DNA of 44,856 bases, from assembly GCF_004010195.1 (NCBI RefSeq), contig NC_057720.1, positions 23,513,503 through 23,558,358 on the forward strand. Reading direction: 5' to 3'. This document shows, piece by piece, positions 12,187-23,155 of the stretch; the first letter of the stretch is position 1; the number at the start of each line of letters is the position of its first letter. The DNA comes from Chiloscyllium plagiosum (taxonomy: Eukaryota). The notes under the pieces were generated by a model that saw nothing but the letters and a program-made list of their open reading frames with translations, searched no databases and was not told where the DNA came from. A program made the position numbers and the translations under genes.

Positions 12187-12595
12187 AAAGAACAATTACT
12201 AGACCATTTCTAAGAATAATCATCTTCTTTAACATGAACATTTTTACAAAATGGCCACTTTGAATGGAACAATTTGACAGGTATAGGTTAAAAAAAAAGA
12301 AGCTTCCGATTTGCAAAATACAGTGAGGCTGGAGATTTTCATTAACTTGCATGATTCCCACAGACAATTTTAGTGCAACCCGTGATGTGAGCATTTTATA
12401 TAAAAGAAGTGGTATTTGCATATATAATATAAAGTTCAGAACTTTAGTCATTTTAGAAAAATATTTACTAGATTTCCCATGAATTGGTCAGAAAATAATT
12501 TTTCATGACTAATTCGTGACCTTCTATCCCTGTCAAGGAAGCAATCCAGTTATTTAAGGACTACACTGGAAAGGATTTACAACTTCTAGCAATTC

Positions 12596-14375
12596 ACATA
12601 TTGGCAAAGCCAAGAGGCAGTACTGGACCAAGTTAGAGGCCCAAACCTACCAAACATACTCCCACTGCCTATGGCAAGGCCGAAACAACACAACGGGATA
12701 CAAAATCAAGCAGAGCAAGATAGTGGGCAAAGACATCTTCCTCCCTGGTAGTGCTTTCTATGCTAGGTTTGAGCAGAATGCCAACGGTGCGGTGACCGCT
12801 GCCCTGACAGCCTGAGATGAGCTCTTCCCTCTGTACCTGCTGCAGACGTCAGATCAGTCTTTCTGGGAGTTGACACAAGTAAAGTGAATGGGCCCGGATG
12901 GTGTCCAGAACAGAATACTCAGATCTTGTGCGACCAACTAGCAGAGGTAATCACCGACATCTTCAACTATCTCTCCGACAAGCCAAAGTCCCCACCTGCT
13001 TCAAGAAGACCCCTACGTAAGAAAGCACATGCAACATGCCTTATTGACTACCGCTCAATGGCTCTGACCTCCATAATCATGAAGTGCTTCAAGGGGTTGG
13101 TCATGGCCCACACCAACTCCAGTCTCCCAGCCTACCTCGATCCCCTACAATTTGCCTACTGGCAGTAAAACAGCGGATGCCATATCCCCAGCCCTGCACT
13201 CATCCCTGGAACAATTGGACAACAAGGACACCTACATCAGACTCCTGCTCATTGACTACAGCTCCACCTTCAACGCTTAATCTCTTTTGGACTGACCTCA
13301 AAACTCTGTGACCCTGGTTTCGACTCTGCCCTCTGCACCTGGATCCTCAGTTTTCTGACCCACACACCACAATCAGTGAAGATAGACAATTGCACCTCCT
13401 CCATAATGATATTCAACTCTGGAGCTGTCCAAGGATGGACCCTCAAACCCCTGCTGTATGCTCTGTACACTCATGACTGTGATGCCAAATTCTGAATGAG
13501 CACCATATAGAAGTTCATTGATGACACCACCGTGTTGGGATGGATATCTAACAATAACGAGTCAAAGTACAGAAGGGAGATAGAGGGCTTGGTGACATGG
13601 TGCAATGAGAACAACCTTCTTCTCAACCACGGCAAAACTAAAGAACTGATCATTGACTATAGAAAGAAGGGAGGAGAACACACCCCCCTTATATACCAAT
13701 GGAACTGAGATGAAGAGGGCGGACAGCATCAATTTCCTCATGGTGATGATAACCGAGAATCTGTCCTGGACTGCCCAGGTAGATGTGACAGTCAAGAAGG
13801 CACCTCAATGCCTCTTCTTCCTCAGGCTGCTCAGGAAATTTGACATGCCCATAAGGACCTGCACCAACTTCTCCCAGATGCAAAAATTGAGAGCATACTG
13901 TCCAGGTGCATGATGGCCTGGTATGGCAACTGCTCTACCCAGGGCCATTAGGAACTATAGAAGGTGGTGTGCATAGCCCAATGCACCACAGAAGCCAACC
14001 TTCCATACACGGCTTGTTGCTGAAGAAAGGCTGCCAACATTATCAAAGACCCATCCCACCCTGGTAATGATCTCCTCAACTTCCTCCGTCAGGCAGAATT
14101 TGCAGAAACCTGAACACACACAGCAGCAGGTTCAGGAAGAGCTTCTTCCTGGCTGTTATTAGACTGATGAATGGACTCTGTAGCCTCAAATAATAATTAT
14201 CTTGCTAACACTGATCTCAGCTAGCACACGCCCTGTGCAATGTAACCTGTATGCCTCTGTCTAGGTATTTTTGATCTGTACATCCTTGCTTACTATGATC
14301 TGCTTGTACTGCTCTTAAACAAACATTTTCACTGTACCTCGGTACACATGACAATACATCAGTCAATCAGTCAAT
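12596..14375 (+). mobile_element. Rex1/Babar-like LINE, 5'-truncated, with stops and frameshifts
   Basis: [56 protein letters not shown] motifs; 3' end ttttcactgtacctcggtacacatgacaata followed by cagtcaat repeats. Confidence 0.85.
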
Positions 14376-15788
14376 ATTGCAGATAGGAAAAACCAAGCCT
14401 TGTCAACTAACTGGGCATGATTTTGTTTATTACGATTACCTTTGGATAAAGACATAATTTTGTTCTTTGCATGGTATTCCATGCAAATACTTCAGTTTTA
14501 TTATCTTCACGCAATTCAGAACAATTTAGTCCTCCTACTATTCATTGAAAGCAAGAAAGAAGATTTGACAAAGGAAATTTCTGGAAGGCTAATAATAAGA
14601 AATTGCTTTAGCTTTTAAAATAAGGCACTTGATCAGGTTTTGCCATTTTATGACAAAATATATTTGTTTTGCTTTTTATTATTATTAAAAACAAAAGTTG
14701 TTAATGTAGAACTTCATATAAGTGTTACAAACCCCAAAAAAGCAAGGTATGTTAATGATTAGTTGGTACCTCTTTGCTTAAAAAGCCAAGCCCTTGGCAA
14801 CATGTTGAACATTTTAAGTGTCAAGTTTCACGCATCTCAAATGTAGTTAATGGAGAGATGCACCATTTTAACTTTGAATTAGTAAACATTTAGATACTTA
14901 AAATAATGAGATACCCTGTCATTTTATGGTTATCATTGGTGATTTTATGGTTTCCCCTCAACAGGATACACATGTATAAAAGGTACATGTATGATTTCAT
15001 TATACGACATGGGTAACACCATCAAATTTTGTGCATTAATTTTAGGGAAGTTTTTTTTAAACTTTTAAACACCATAGAAAACAAGGCTGTTGTGTAATTC
15101 CAGGAAACAGCCTACAGTACAAGCTAAACTAGCAAATTAAGGCACATTTTAAAATTATGGCAATAATTTTAATCTATTTCCTCACTCCTATTCATCATAT
15201 AATTTATTCCACTGAGAGAACTCGAAAAGGCAGATTTCAAAGTGTTAGTGCTTTACTTGCTTGGTAAGGGTACTCAAAAGTTGGAATTGACACAATGCCA
15301 CAGATTTAGTTTGAAATGAACACATTTAATTCTCTAATAGGAATCGCAGAATTGAAATAAACAAATCTCTCCAAAGCAATCTATTCAGTAACAGTATATT
15401 TCCCATATATTAACATAAATAATTTTAATTAATGTCTGGTGACATTGCAACTTGCCATCAGACATTATTTCACAATTGTGAAAAGAATTCATCAAAATAA
15501 ATTCCAAAAATGTCTTTCTTGAATTTAGGCCTTTCATACTCGGGTTGGAACAATTGCTTGCAAAACCTATGCTTATTTTCAATCATTTGCTGTCCTTGAG
15601 ACTGTGGTAAAAGCCCTCTTCTTGAACATCTGCAGTCCATGTGATGAAGATGCTTCACACAATTCCGTATGAAGTGACAATCACGAGGACTTCTTGTCCT
15701 AAAAACTGTCAAGCTTCCTGAACAATATTACTGTAGCTCATTTATAGATAGATGAACAGTATAGAATCATGAATGCTATGTAGATTAG

Positions 15789-16088
15789 ATTCCCTACAGT
15801 GTGGGAACAGGCCCTTCGGCCCAACCAGTCCACACCGACCTTCCAAAGAGTAACCCACCCAGACCCATTTCCCTCTGACTAACGCACCTAACATTATGGG
15901 CAATTTACCATGGCCAATTCACCTGACCTCCACATCTTTGGACCATGGGAGGAAACCGGAGCACCAGGAGGAAACCCACGCAGACAATGTACAAACTCCA
16001 CACAGACAGTCACCCAAGGCTGGCATCGAACGTGGGACCCTGGTGCTGTGAGGCAGCAAAGCTATTCACTGAGATACCATGCCACCCA
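15789..16088 (-). mobile_element. HE1-type SINE
   Basis: Collinear with 1641-1958; 11-bp TSD atgtagattag (15778-15788, 16089-16099). Confidence 0.88.
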
Positions 16089-16359
16089 ATGTAGATTAGC
16101 AATTTTGGATAACTAAAGAGTCTCATGCATAAATTATAGGGAGATACTATGATGAAAAGTGCCAAACAGCCTGTATTGGATTGACTTTCTAGCCTGAGAT
16201 TTCTCTGGAATCAAGTATAATAGCAAAATGAAATGCACTGTTATGAATATAATTAATTTTATTCACACATCAAGATGTTAGGAATCCTAGATAAAATTTG
16301 TATCTCAAATCTTTAGGTTGAAATAGTCCACTATTCACTCATTCTTCTCATGTCACACA

Positions 16360-16675
16360 GGAGGAGCAGTGTGCATTATCGATAAGATGCGCTGCAGAAA
16401 TTCACAAAGGCTTCTTCGACTTCACTTTCCAAACTCATGACACTATCATCTGGAAGGAAAGGGTCAGAATGGGAGCACTGACATGAGCAGGTTCCCCTCC
16501 AATACACTTGCCAACCTGACTTGGAAATATATCACCATTCCTTCAATGTCACTGCTCCAATATCCTGGAACTCCCTGCCTTACAGCTTTGTGTATGTAGC
16601 TACTCCAAAGAAACTGAAACAGTTCAAGATAGCAGCATACCAGGATCTTCTCAAGAGAAATTAAGGATGGCATGA
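16360..16675 (+). mobile_element. 3' fragment of a CR1/L2-group LINE
   Basis: aagatgcgctgcagaaattcac...ctgacttggaaatatatc...ctggaactccct, shared with the 28795 and 39555 copies. Confidence 0.7.
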
Positions 16676-17309
16676 TGTTTTAAAAATTTTAAAAAAGGAC
16701 AAAAATATCATTGTAGTCTGCAAGGTATATTTTGGAGGATCGTCTAATCAAGTATGTACCTGAACTGGTCTTGGAGCCCAAAGAATACTTATAAAATTTG
16801 ATATGCAAACTTGCTTGCTTGTAATCATACACTGGTTCAGTAAATCCTGCAAGTTAACTTGACTTCAAAGTCCACCGCTTTTAACATTTCAACTGCAACA
16901 TTCCAACTGATGCTTTCCCCTAAACTAACCATTTGCTGGTGTCAGCCACTGAAGAATCTTGAGCTGAGCAGGACTAATGTTAGTGTCTATAAATGTTGTT
17001 TTTATGCATATCTGGAAGGCATTCAGAAAGATCCAGCCAACTGGTTATTTATAAAATGAGAGCACATAGAATTAGAAACAATTCTATGGCTTGGGTCAAT
17101 AATTGGGTCAGCGCTGAGAGAAGGATGAATAAATAGTTCATTTCTTTGATGGGTAGAATGCAATAAATAAAATTCCCCAAGGATCTTTCCTGGAACATCT
17201 GCTTTTCAACATGAGTTTTAATGACTTGGATGAAAGAATACATGCAGTGTTGCATAATCAAATCCACAAATTACTTTTAAGTTATTGGACATAATAAGTT
17301 GGGAGCTTG

Positions 17310-18335
17310 AAATTGTAAAGGGATTCAGAAAGACCAAAAGAGTGTGAAAACCATGACAGTTGGAATTCATCATGGCGTATGTGGTCAGTCACTTTGGAAG
17401 ATAAGAAAGTTAATTTAGAATATCTTCTTAATGTTGAGAGACTGGGAGCTGCAGAGGAATAAATGGATTTCGATGTCCATGTGCATGAATCAATAAAAGT
17501 CAGTGCAGAGAAACAAATAGCAAAAAGAGGGATGTTGAGACATTTATCTCAAGGATGGTAGAGTGCAAAAGTAAGGAAGTTACAGTTCAGATGTGCTTCA
17601 TTAGATTCTATCCGGAACATTATGTTTTATGTCAAATGCTGAACCTTTGGAAATTATCCTGGTAATATGTACAATATAGATTCACCAAAACAATTAGAGG
17701 AATGAAAGGTTTACATTGTAAAGGTGAAATGCATACTTTTGATTTATATTCCCTTAACTTTGGAAGTGTGAGGGTGGACACAACTTAAAATGGGGAGAGG
17801 GGTTGATAGAGTAGATACAGAGAAACTGTAAAGTCTTAAAACTGAAATTGCAATGTAGTAGTTCATGCTTAATCACATGAATTGCAATGGAAATCTGCAG
17901 CTCTCTTCCCAAAATATATTGAAGCTTGGCCAATTGACATTTTCAAGATTGAGAATGATAGATTTTTCTTTAAATCAGAAATTTCTGAAAAAATACTCAG
18001 CAGGTCTGGCAACATCTGTGGAGAGAAATCAGAGTTAACATATTGGGTCCAGCAACCCTTCTTCAGAATCCATTCAGAATCCAGACCCAATATGTTAACT
18101 GTGATTTCTCTCCACAAATGCTGCCAGACCTGCTGAATTTTTCCAGCAATTTCTGGTTTTGTTTTTGATTTGCAGCATCTGCAGTACTTTGATTTTTTTT
18201 TAACTGATAGATTTTTGTTTGTTAAGTGTATCAAGGGATATGAATTAAAGATCAATAAATGAAGTTGAAGTACAAATCTAAGATCTCATAGAATGACAGA
18301 AAAACTGAAAGGTTGAGTTCCTCTTATCCTTGTTT
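17310..18335 (+). mobile_element. Highly degenerate CR1 3' fragment interrupted by a family D palindrome
   Basis: Residual CR1 motifs (gtccatgtgcatgaatc; ttcaagattgagaatgatagattttt). Confidence 0.55.
17972..18204. mobile_element. Palindromic family D element (arms 17975-18049 / 18084-18155), decayed hammerhead
   Basis: 16-bp TSD tgatagattttt(c/g)ttt (17956-17971, 18205-18220); minus strand ctgaagaagggttgctggacccaatatgtt. Confidence 0.8.
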
Positions 18336-19014
18336 CTCTGCTTGCTAGAGTAGGCTACTCATTAATATGTGCAAAGGGACTATGGCTGTGGAGCCTAAAG
18401 AAAAGTTCAATAAATTTAAAACCAGCCCACAACACTTGTGATTAAGCATGAACTACTACACTGCTAAATTTGCTATTACTGTACTGCTTTACACTTAACA
18501 ACAAATGTAAAACACATCAACTGTAACTGAAAAACTATAAAGGACATAAGTCAACATTTGTTTTGGAAAACAAAACAATTCTCTTTTTCTGTGGGTTTTG
18601 GCAGAAATTCTCTGTGATCCCCTGATTGTGAAACTCATTGCATCTTTTTGTACTCATTGTAAATTTATCCCAGCTTTCTGGTTTGAATCAAAACCATTCA
18701 CCAACTGTGTATAAAATATTATGTCATTGGGACAATTTGTTTTTTATGAAAAGAACATTTGCTCTGTTTCAATATAATTTCAAAAGGTATGATTCCCCAC
18801 TTTTATAAGGGTATCAGAATATAAAGAGCTTCCAAATCCCATTAGTTTAATAGGGTATATCCCAAATCTAAGGTACAATTGTTACTTCAATTGTTTGATA
18901 GTACAGAATATAAATATTGCTCAAAAGAAGCATACATTTGCATCTTTTCATTTGCACATATCAGGACTTAAATGCGAAGATCCAATCTTCAAAAGGAAGC
19001 AAACATTTTAAACA

Positions 19015-19290
19015 AAATTCACAGCATCTGGGCATTGCTGGCCAGGCCAGCACTTATTATCCATTCTAATTATCCTTGAGAAGTTGGTGATGTGTTGCCA
19101 TTTTGAACTGTTGCCATCTTTGGGGTATAGGTGCACCCACAGTGCCATTAGTGATGGAGTTCCAGGTTTTGCTCCATTGACAATGAAGGAGTGGTGTTTG
19201 AGTTTAAAGTAGGGCGGTATGTGGTTTGGAGATGAACTTGCAGATGGTGGTTTCCCCATGCATCTACAGCTCTTGTTCTTCTAGGTCGCA
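19015..19290 (-). mobile_element. 3' end of a CR1/L2-group LINE
   Basis: gggcattgctggccaggccagcacttattatccattc matches the start of the 39555 copy. Confidence 0.7.
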
Positions 19291-20702
19291 TGATAATAAA
19301 TACATTAATTGTTGTTCCCCTTTCTGAAGTTGGTCTTCTTCATTTTAGTCTTAATGGGTGCAAGCAAAGAAAGCTTTGATTTTTAGCAATCTTAAATGTT
19401 GTTTCATCAACATAATATTTTAACTATAATTATCCTGCACATTGCTCATGCATACCTCTGTAACCCTCCAGTACCAATCGCTGGATATGGTAGTGAACAA
19501 ACCGTCAAAAAAAAACTGGTTGTAAACAAGTGATTTATTCATTATTCACTTAAAAAAATTAATATGCATGATTTGTCTACTGTCAAATGTGAAGGTACGC
19601 CTTGTATCTTGTCAAATGTTCTTAAAGCTGAAATGAACTAACCCCGTGTACAAAAATAGCAATGAAAAGTAAACAATTGATGTAGCTATTTCAGACCCAT
19701 TGCTTCTTGGGTCTGTTCGCTCTGTGCTTTCTTCCATTATCATTCTGCCTGTAGCATCTAATTCAAAGTGACAACCAGAACTGAAATTGCTGGCGCTTTG
19801 GCCAATAATTGCTGGACTGTGGACCAACGTTTCTTGTTATATACATCCCCTCACCCAGACAGCTCTATATGTCTCCACTCCTGCCCCCTTCTGCGTCTCA
19901 AATATCTTCCACAAAGCCGGAGTTTGTAGCTCGCCAAGGCGATCTGAAGAACCTTCTTTGGCTATGTGTTGGAATTCAGCAGGGAGGGAGGAGTTGGGGG
20001 AATGAAATGATAAGGAAGCTAAGGCTTTAGGCAGGTCTGGGCAGCCTTGCCTTCCAGTGACACGTCGCCGCTACACCCTCCCAGCACATCAACAATCGGA
20101 GCCCCAGCCGACACTAAAAACAGAGACCTCTTTTCTATTCCACCCCCTTGTTCAGTTCCAAGCGACATCCTGTTTGATTCGCCACAGCCGCACGTCTGTG
20201 TCATTGTGCTGGGGTGTTCCAGTGGAATCTTGCGCTGGAGAAATTTAACGTTAAAATGGTTCTGTTCATTCACAACTCCGAGGAGACCCGCTTCACCAAC
20301 AGCATCACTGTCAGTGAACTGATCAGTCCACTCTTGGAGAGATCTCTCCAGTTCTTAATCTCTGGGGCTACACAGGGGAGCGCTTCTACCATTAAGAAGC
20401 CGTAAGCGGTGTGTGTGAGAGAGAGAGAACATGTTTGGATAGGTCGGAAGGCATTGAACGCTTTAGGCGAGCATATCTGGTAAACGGTCATGGTTTATGT
20501 CCATCTCAGACACTTGTCACTATCCTCTCTTGATTACAAAATGCAACTCTGGCTGTCAATGATAATGGAACAGTTCAAGCACACACAACATCGTTTCTGC
20601 ACACAGCAGGATGGCGCAAATGTATAACACTCACTGGATGCTGGAGCTCAGAGCCTCCCTCAAGCCCTGCGTTCCCGTCTCTTTCATTCTATGAGCACTT
20701 AC

Positions 20703-20906
20703 CATGACAGGGGGTACACCGGCTACGAGAGAATAGAGTAGAGCTGGAGGAATGGCACTGCTTTCATCGGGTCCAGGGTACGGCTTATTGTAGGAGCCGT
20801 CATGGCAGAAAAATCCCTGGACGTGGACGTTGAAAGTGTCGGTGTATTCGAAGTAATAAGCTAGCATGACAGTCCCTGCCATTATGACCAACTGGAAATA
20901 GAGCAT
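20703..20906 (-). CDS. PLPPR5: First coding exon of phospholipid phosphatase-related protein 5 (PLPPR5/LPPR5/PRG5), 68 codons, phase-0 donor
   Basis: Translates MLYFQLVIMAGTVMLAYYFEYTDTFNVHVQGFFCHDGSYNKPYPGPDESSAIPPALLYSLVAGVPPVM, closely matching the recalled PLPPR5 N-terminus (MLYFQMVIMAGTVMLAYYFEYTDTF...GFFCHD...KPYPGPE) and less so PLPPR1/2. ATG context accATG has -3 A; exon ends at consensus donor ATG|GTAAGT. Downstream exons not found in the window. Confidence 0.93.
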
Positions 20907-21235
20907 GGTTGTGGGGGTAGGAGGGTGGGTAATGAGAGGGAGAGGTTGCTGAATAGCAAAATCAAAGATCAAAGGGTTCCCTCTTCTTTTTACCCCCCAA
21001 CCCCCACCCCCCTGTTGCTGTTGGTCAATCTCTGTATAATCCACACTCCAGGAAGGCGACGCGAACTATCGCTCCATTCACTTGCAAGGATCAGCTCCTC
21101 AGCAAAGCAGCGGATCCATTCAGAAAAGGACTGAACTGCCCGTGCATTGTACACCCACCGCGGGCAGCCTCAGTTCAGTCAGGGAGGTAAAGGAGTTCAG
21201 CTCCCAGCCGTGAGAAGGGGCTAGGTATCCCTTTC

Positions 21236-21290
21236 ACACTCCTCCTCCTCCTCTTCCTTCTCCTCTTCCTCTCGTTCTCTCTCTCCGTCT
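21236..21290. repeat. (CCT)n/CT-rich polypyrimidine-polypurine tract
   Basis: cctcctcctcctcttccttctcctcttcctctcgttctctctctcc. Confidence 0.85.
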
Positions 21291-21354
21291 GCCAATACTC
21301 CGGCTCTTCAGTGCATTGGACTGAGGTTTCCCGGTGCCTTCAACATCTGGTTAA

Positions 21355-21371
21355 ACACACACACACACACA
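21355..21371. repeat. (AC)n microsatellite
   Basis: acacacacacacacaca. Confidence 0.85.
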
Positions 21372-22179
21372 AAGCAGCCTCGAACCGAGGCGCCGCTTCG
21401 CCAACCTCTTCCAAAAGTTCATGTAGGCAGATGAGCAGATTCTTATATATTCGCGCCTATGAAATGGGTTCAAAGTCTCGGAAAGTGACACCGGGGTATC
21501 TCTGCTCACCAACAGTACGCGGCTTTCTCGGGGAAGCACAGCCCTTGACGGCTCATGGGTCGTTGTGCTATCTTCAATGCCACAGAACCCCAGTTTGTTT
21601 TTCCTTTCTGCATGTTAATGGAAAAATTCGACAGCCCGCCCCACAACATGACAGCGTTCCACGGCCAGGGCTGTACTGATCGCACGACATTGGAATTTTT
21701 CCATTAAGAGACATTTTGTTCGAGCTTGCAGCATTGTGTTCTATCTTTAAGAAAAAAAAAGAAACAGTCAATACGTCACTTTTCATCGCTGACAATTGCC
21801 AAATTGGGTGGTCTAATGAACTATTACTGAAACATGACACCATCAAATATAATTACCATTGATTAGCCCATAAAGCATGTACTGTTATAAACAACGCTTG
21901 CAAGTGTCTCTGAGAAATAATTGTCCTGTAATTAGAAAAAAACCCATAAACTTTAATCATTAGACATTAGCAAAGCCGAATGCAGGTTGTAATAAGGAAA
22001 CGACGAATTCTTGTGCGTCCCTTCTTTGACTAGTGTCCCACCCATTCCCTAAGACTGCTCACACCTTGTTGGTGTGGAGTTCCATTTGTTTCAGATGCCA
22101 TTTGGTCTCCTACCCAAGGAGCCATTGGCACTGACTGGCAGTGTACTAACTGGCTATTGAAATCTGTGACTGCCAAGGT

Positions 22180-22862
22180 ATCAGCTTCAGCGCACAGGAA
22201 GCACTCTCGCTGTGGAATCAGAAGGTTGGGTCATCAAGCTCCAATGCAAAAAAATTGAGGACATTATCTAATCTGATAATTAGACTTGCCTTAGCCCACA
22301 AAGTCAGATACATTTTTCACCATTATATCTCAAGGAGCACCAATGTTATAGGCTTGGGCGCAGGTGCAGAGCCAAGTCTCCATGGACAACTGCAGGTAAT
22401 ATGGAGATTGAACTTGTTCTAGTGGTGTCATTCTGCATCGCACCTCCCTAAATTATTTAACAATTCCCTCCCATATCCACAACCGAGCTACAAATCTTTA
22501 ATCTCAATTCCCTTCTTTTTTAGATGCTGTAAGGGGAAAAGTGGTGCTGTCCAAAGTGTTACCATAGGATGAGGCTTTAAACTGAGTTTAACATCTGCTG
22601 TCTTACTTGGGATAGCACGAGATCTATTTGGTACTACTTGAGCAAGAGATGGGCAGTACTGTTGAATATTTATCCCTTAGCTGTCAAAACTAAAATGGAT
22701 TAACTGATCGTTTAACTCCTTGCTGTTTGTGTTAAACAAAGTTAGTTCTGGAGCTTCCTACATCATTGACTCAGCTCCAAGGCTTACTTTATTTAATATG
22801 AAGGATTTCAGGACATCCTGAAATTACTCAAGGTGCTAAACTAAAACAAGTTTCTTTCTTTA
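22180..22862 (+). mobile_element. Ancient degenerate Deu-domain SINE (SacSINE1/LmeSINE1/AmnSINE1 superfamily-like)
   Basis: tRNA-like head (gcactctcgctgtggaatcagaaggttggg), Deu-like core (ggatgaggctttaaactgag...aatatttatccct...ttgctgtttgtg) and L2-like tail (ggacatcctga..aaggtgcta..caagtttctttc); from recalled consensus. Confidence 0.5.
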
Positions 22863-23000
22863 TTTCTTCACTCAAGACTCACAGATAGGGACTTCAGAGT
22901 TCACACTTCAGCATGATTTGGAGATGTCGGTGTCGGATTGGGGTGTGCAAAGTTAAAAAACACACAGCACCAGTTATAGTCCAACAGGTTTAATTGGAAG

Positions 23001-23035
23001 CACTAGCTTTCGGAGCGCTGCTCCTTCATCAGGTG
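23001..23035 (-). ncRNA. Minimal type I hammerhead ribozyme motif
   Basis: CAC-CUGAUGA-A-GGAGC-AGC-GCUCC-GAAA-GC-UA^GUG: intact core, stems I and II, palindromic AGCU. Confidence 0.72.
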
Positions 23036-23120
23036 GTCGTGGAGGACACAATTGTAAGACACAGAATTTATAGTAAAAAATGCTATAAATTCTGCATCTT
23101 ACAATTGTGTACTCCACAAC

Positions 23121-23155
23121 TACCTGATGAAGGAACAGTGCTCCGAAAGCTAGGG
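23121..23155 (+). ncRNA. Minimal hammerhead motif, core intact, stems weakened
   Basis: UAC-CUGAUGA-A-GGAAC-AGU-GCUCC-GAAA-GC-UA^GGG. Confidence 0.5.

Larger units (their letters stand above)
20907..21720 (-). promoter_or_regulatory. CpG-enriched promoter / 5'UTR region of PLPPR5
   Basis: CpG dinucleotides are visibly denser than in the rest of the window; no recognisable TE; TATA-like ATATATAAG on the minus strand at ~21442-21451; purine tract and CA repeat. TSS not determinable from sequence. Confidence 0.6.

Noticed and set aside
19612..20491. Several 63-91 aa ORFs in proximal intron 1
   Set aside because: No recognisable homology; expected by chance in GC-richer sequence
20631..21044. 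137-aa ORF as the complete gene
   Set aside because: It starts at GTG and reads through the GTAAGT donor; only 20906-20703 matches PLPPR5
21510..21556. Possible upstream coding mini-exon (ATG 21556 to GTGAGC donor at 21509, minus strand)
   Set aside because: 47 nt, phase 2, incompatible with the phase-0 acceptor at 20891; no similarity to PLPPR N-termini
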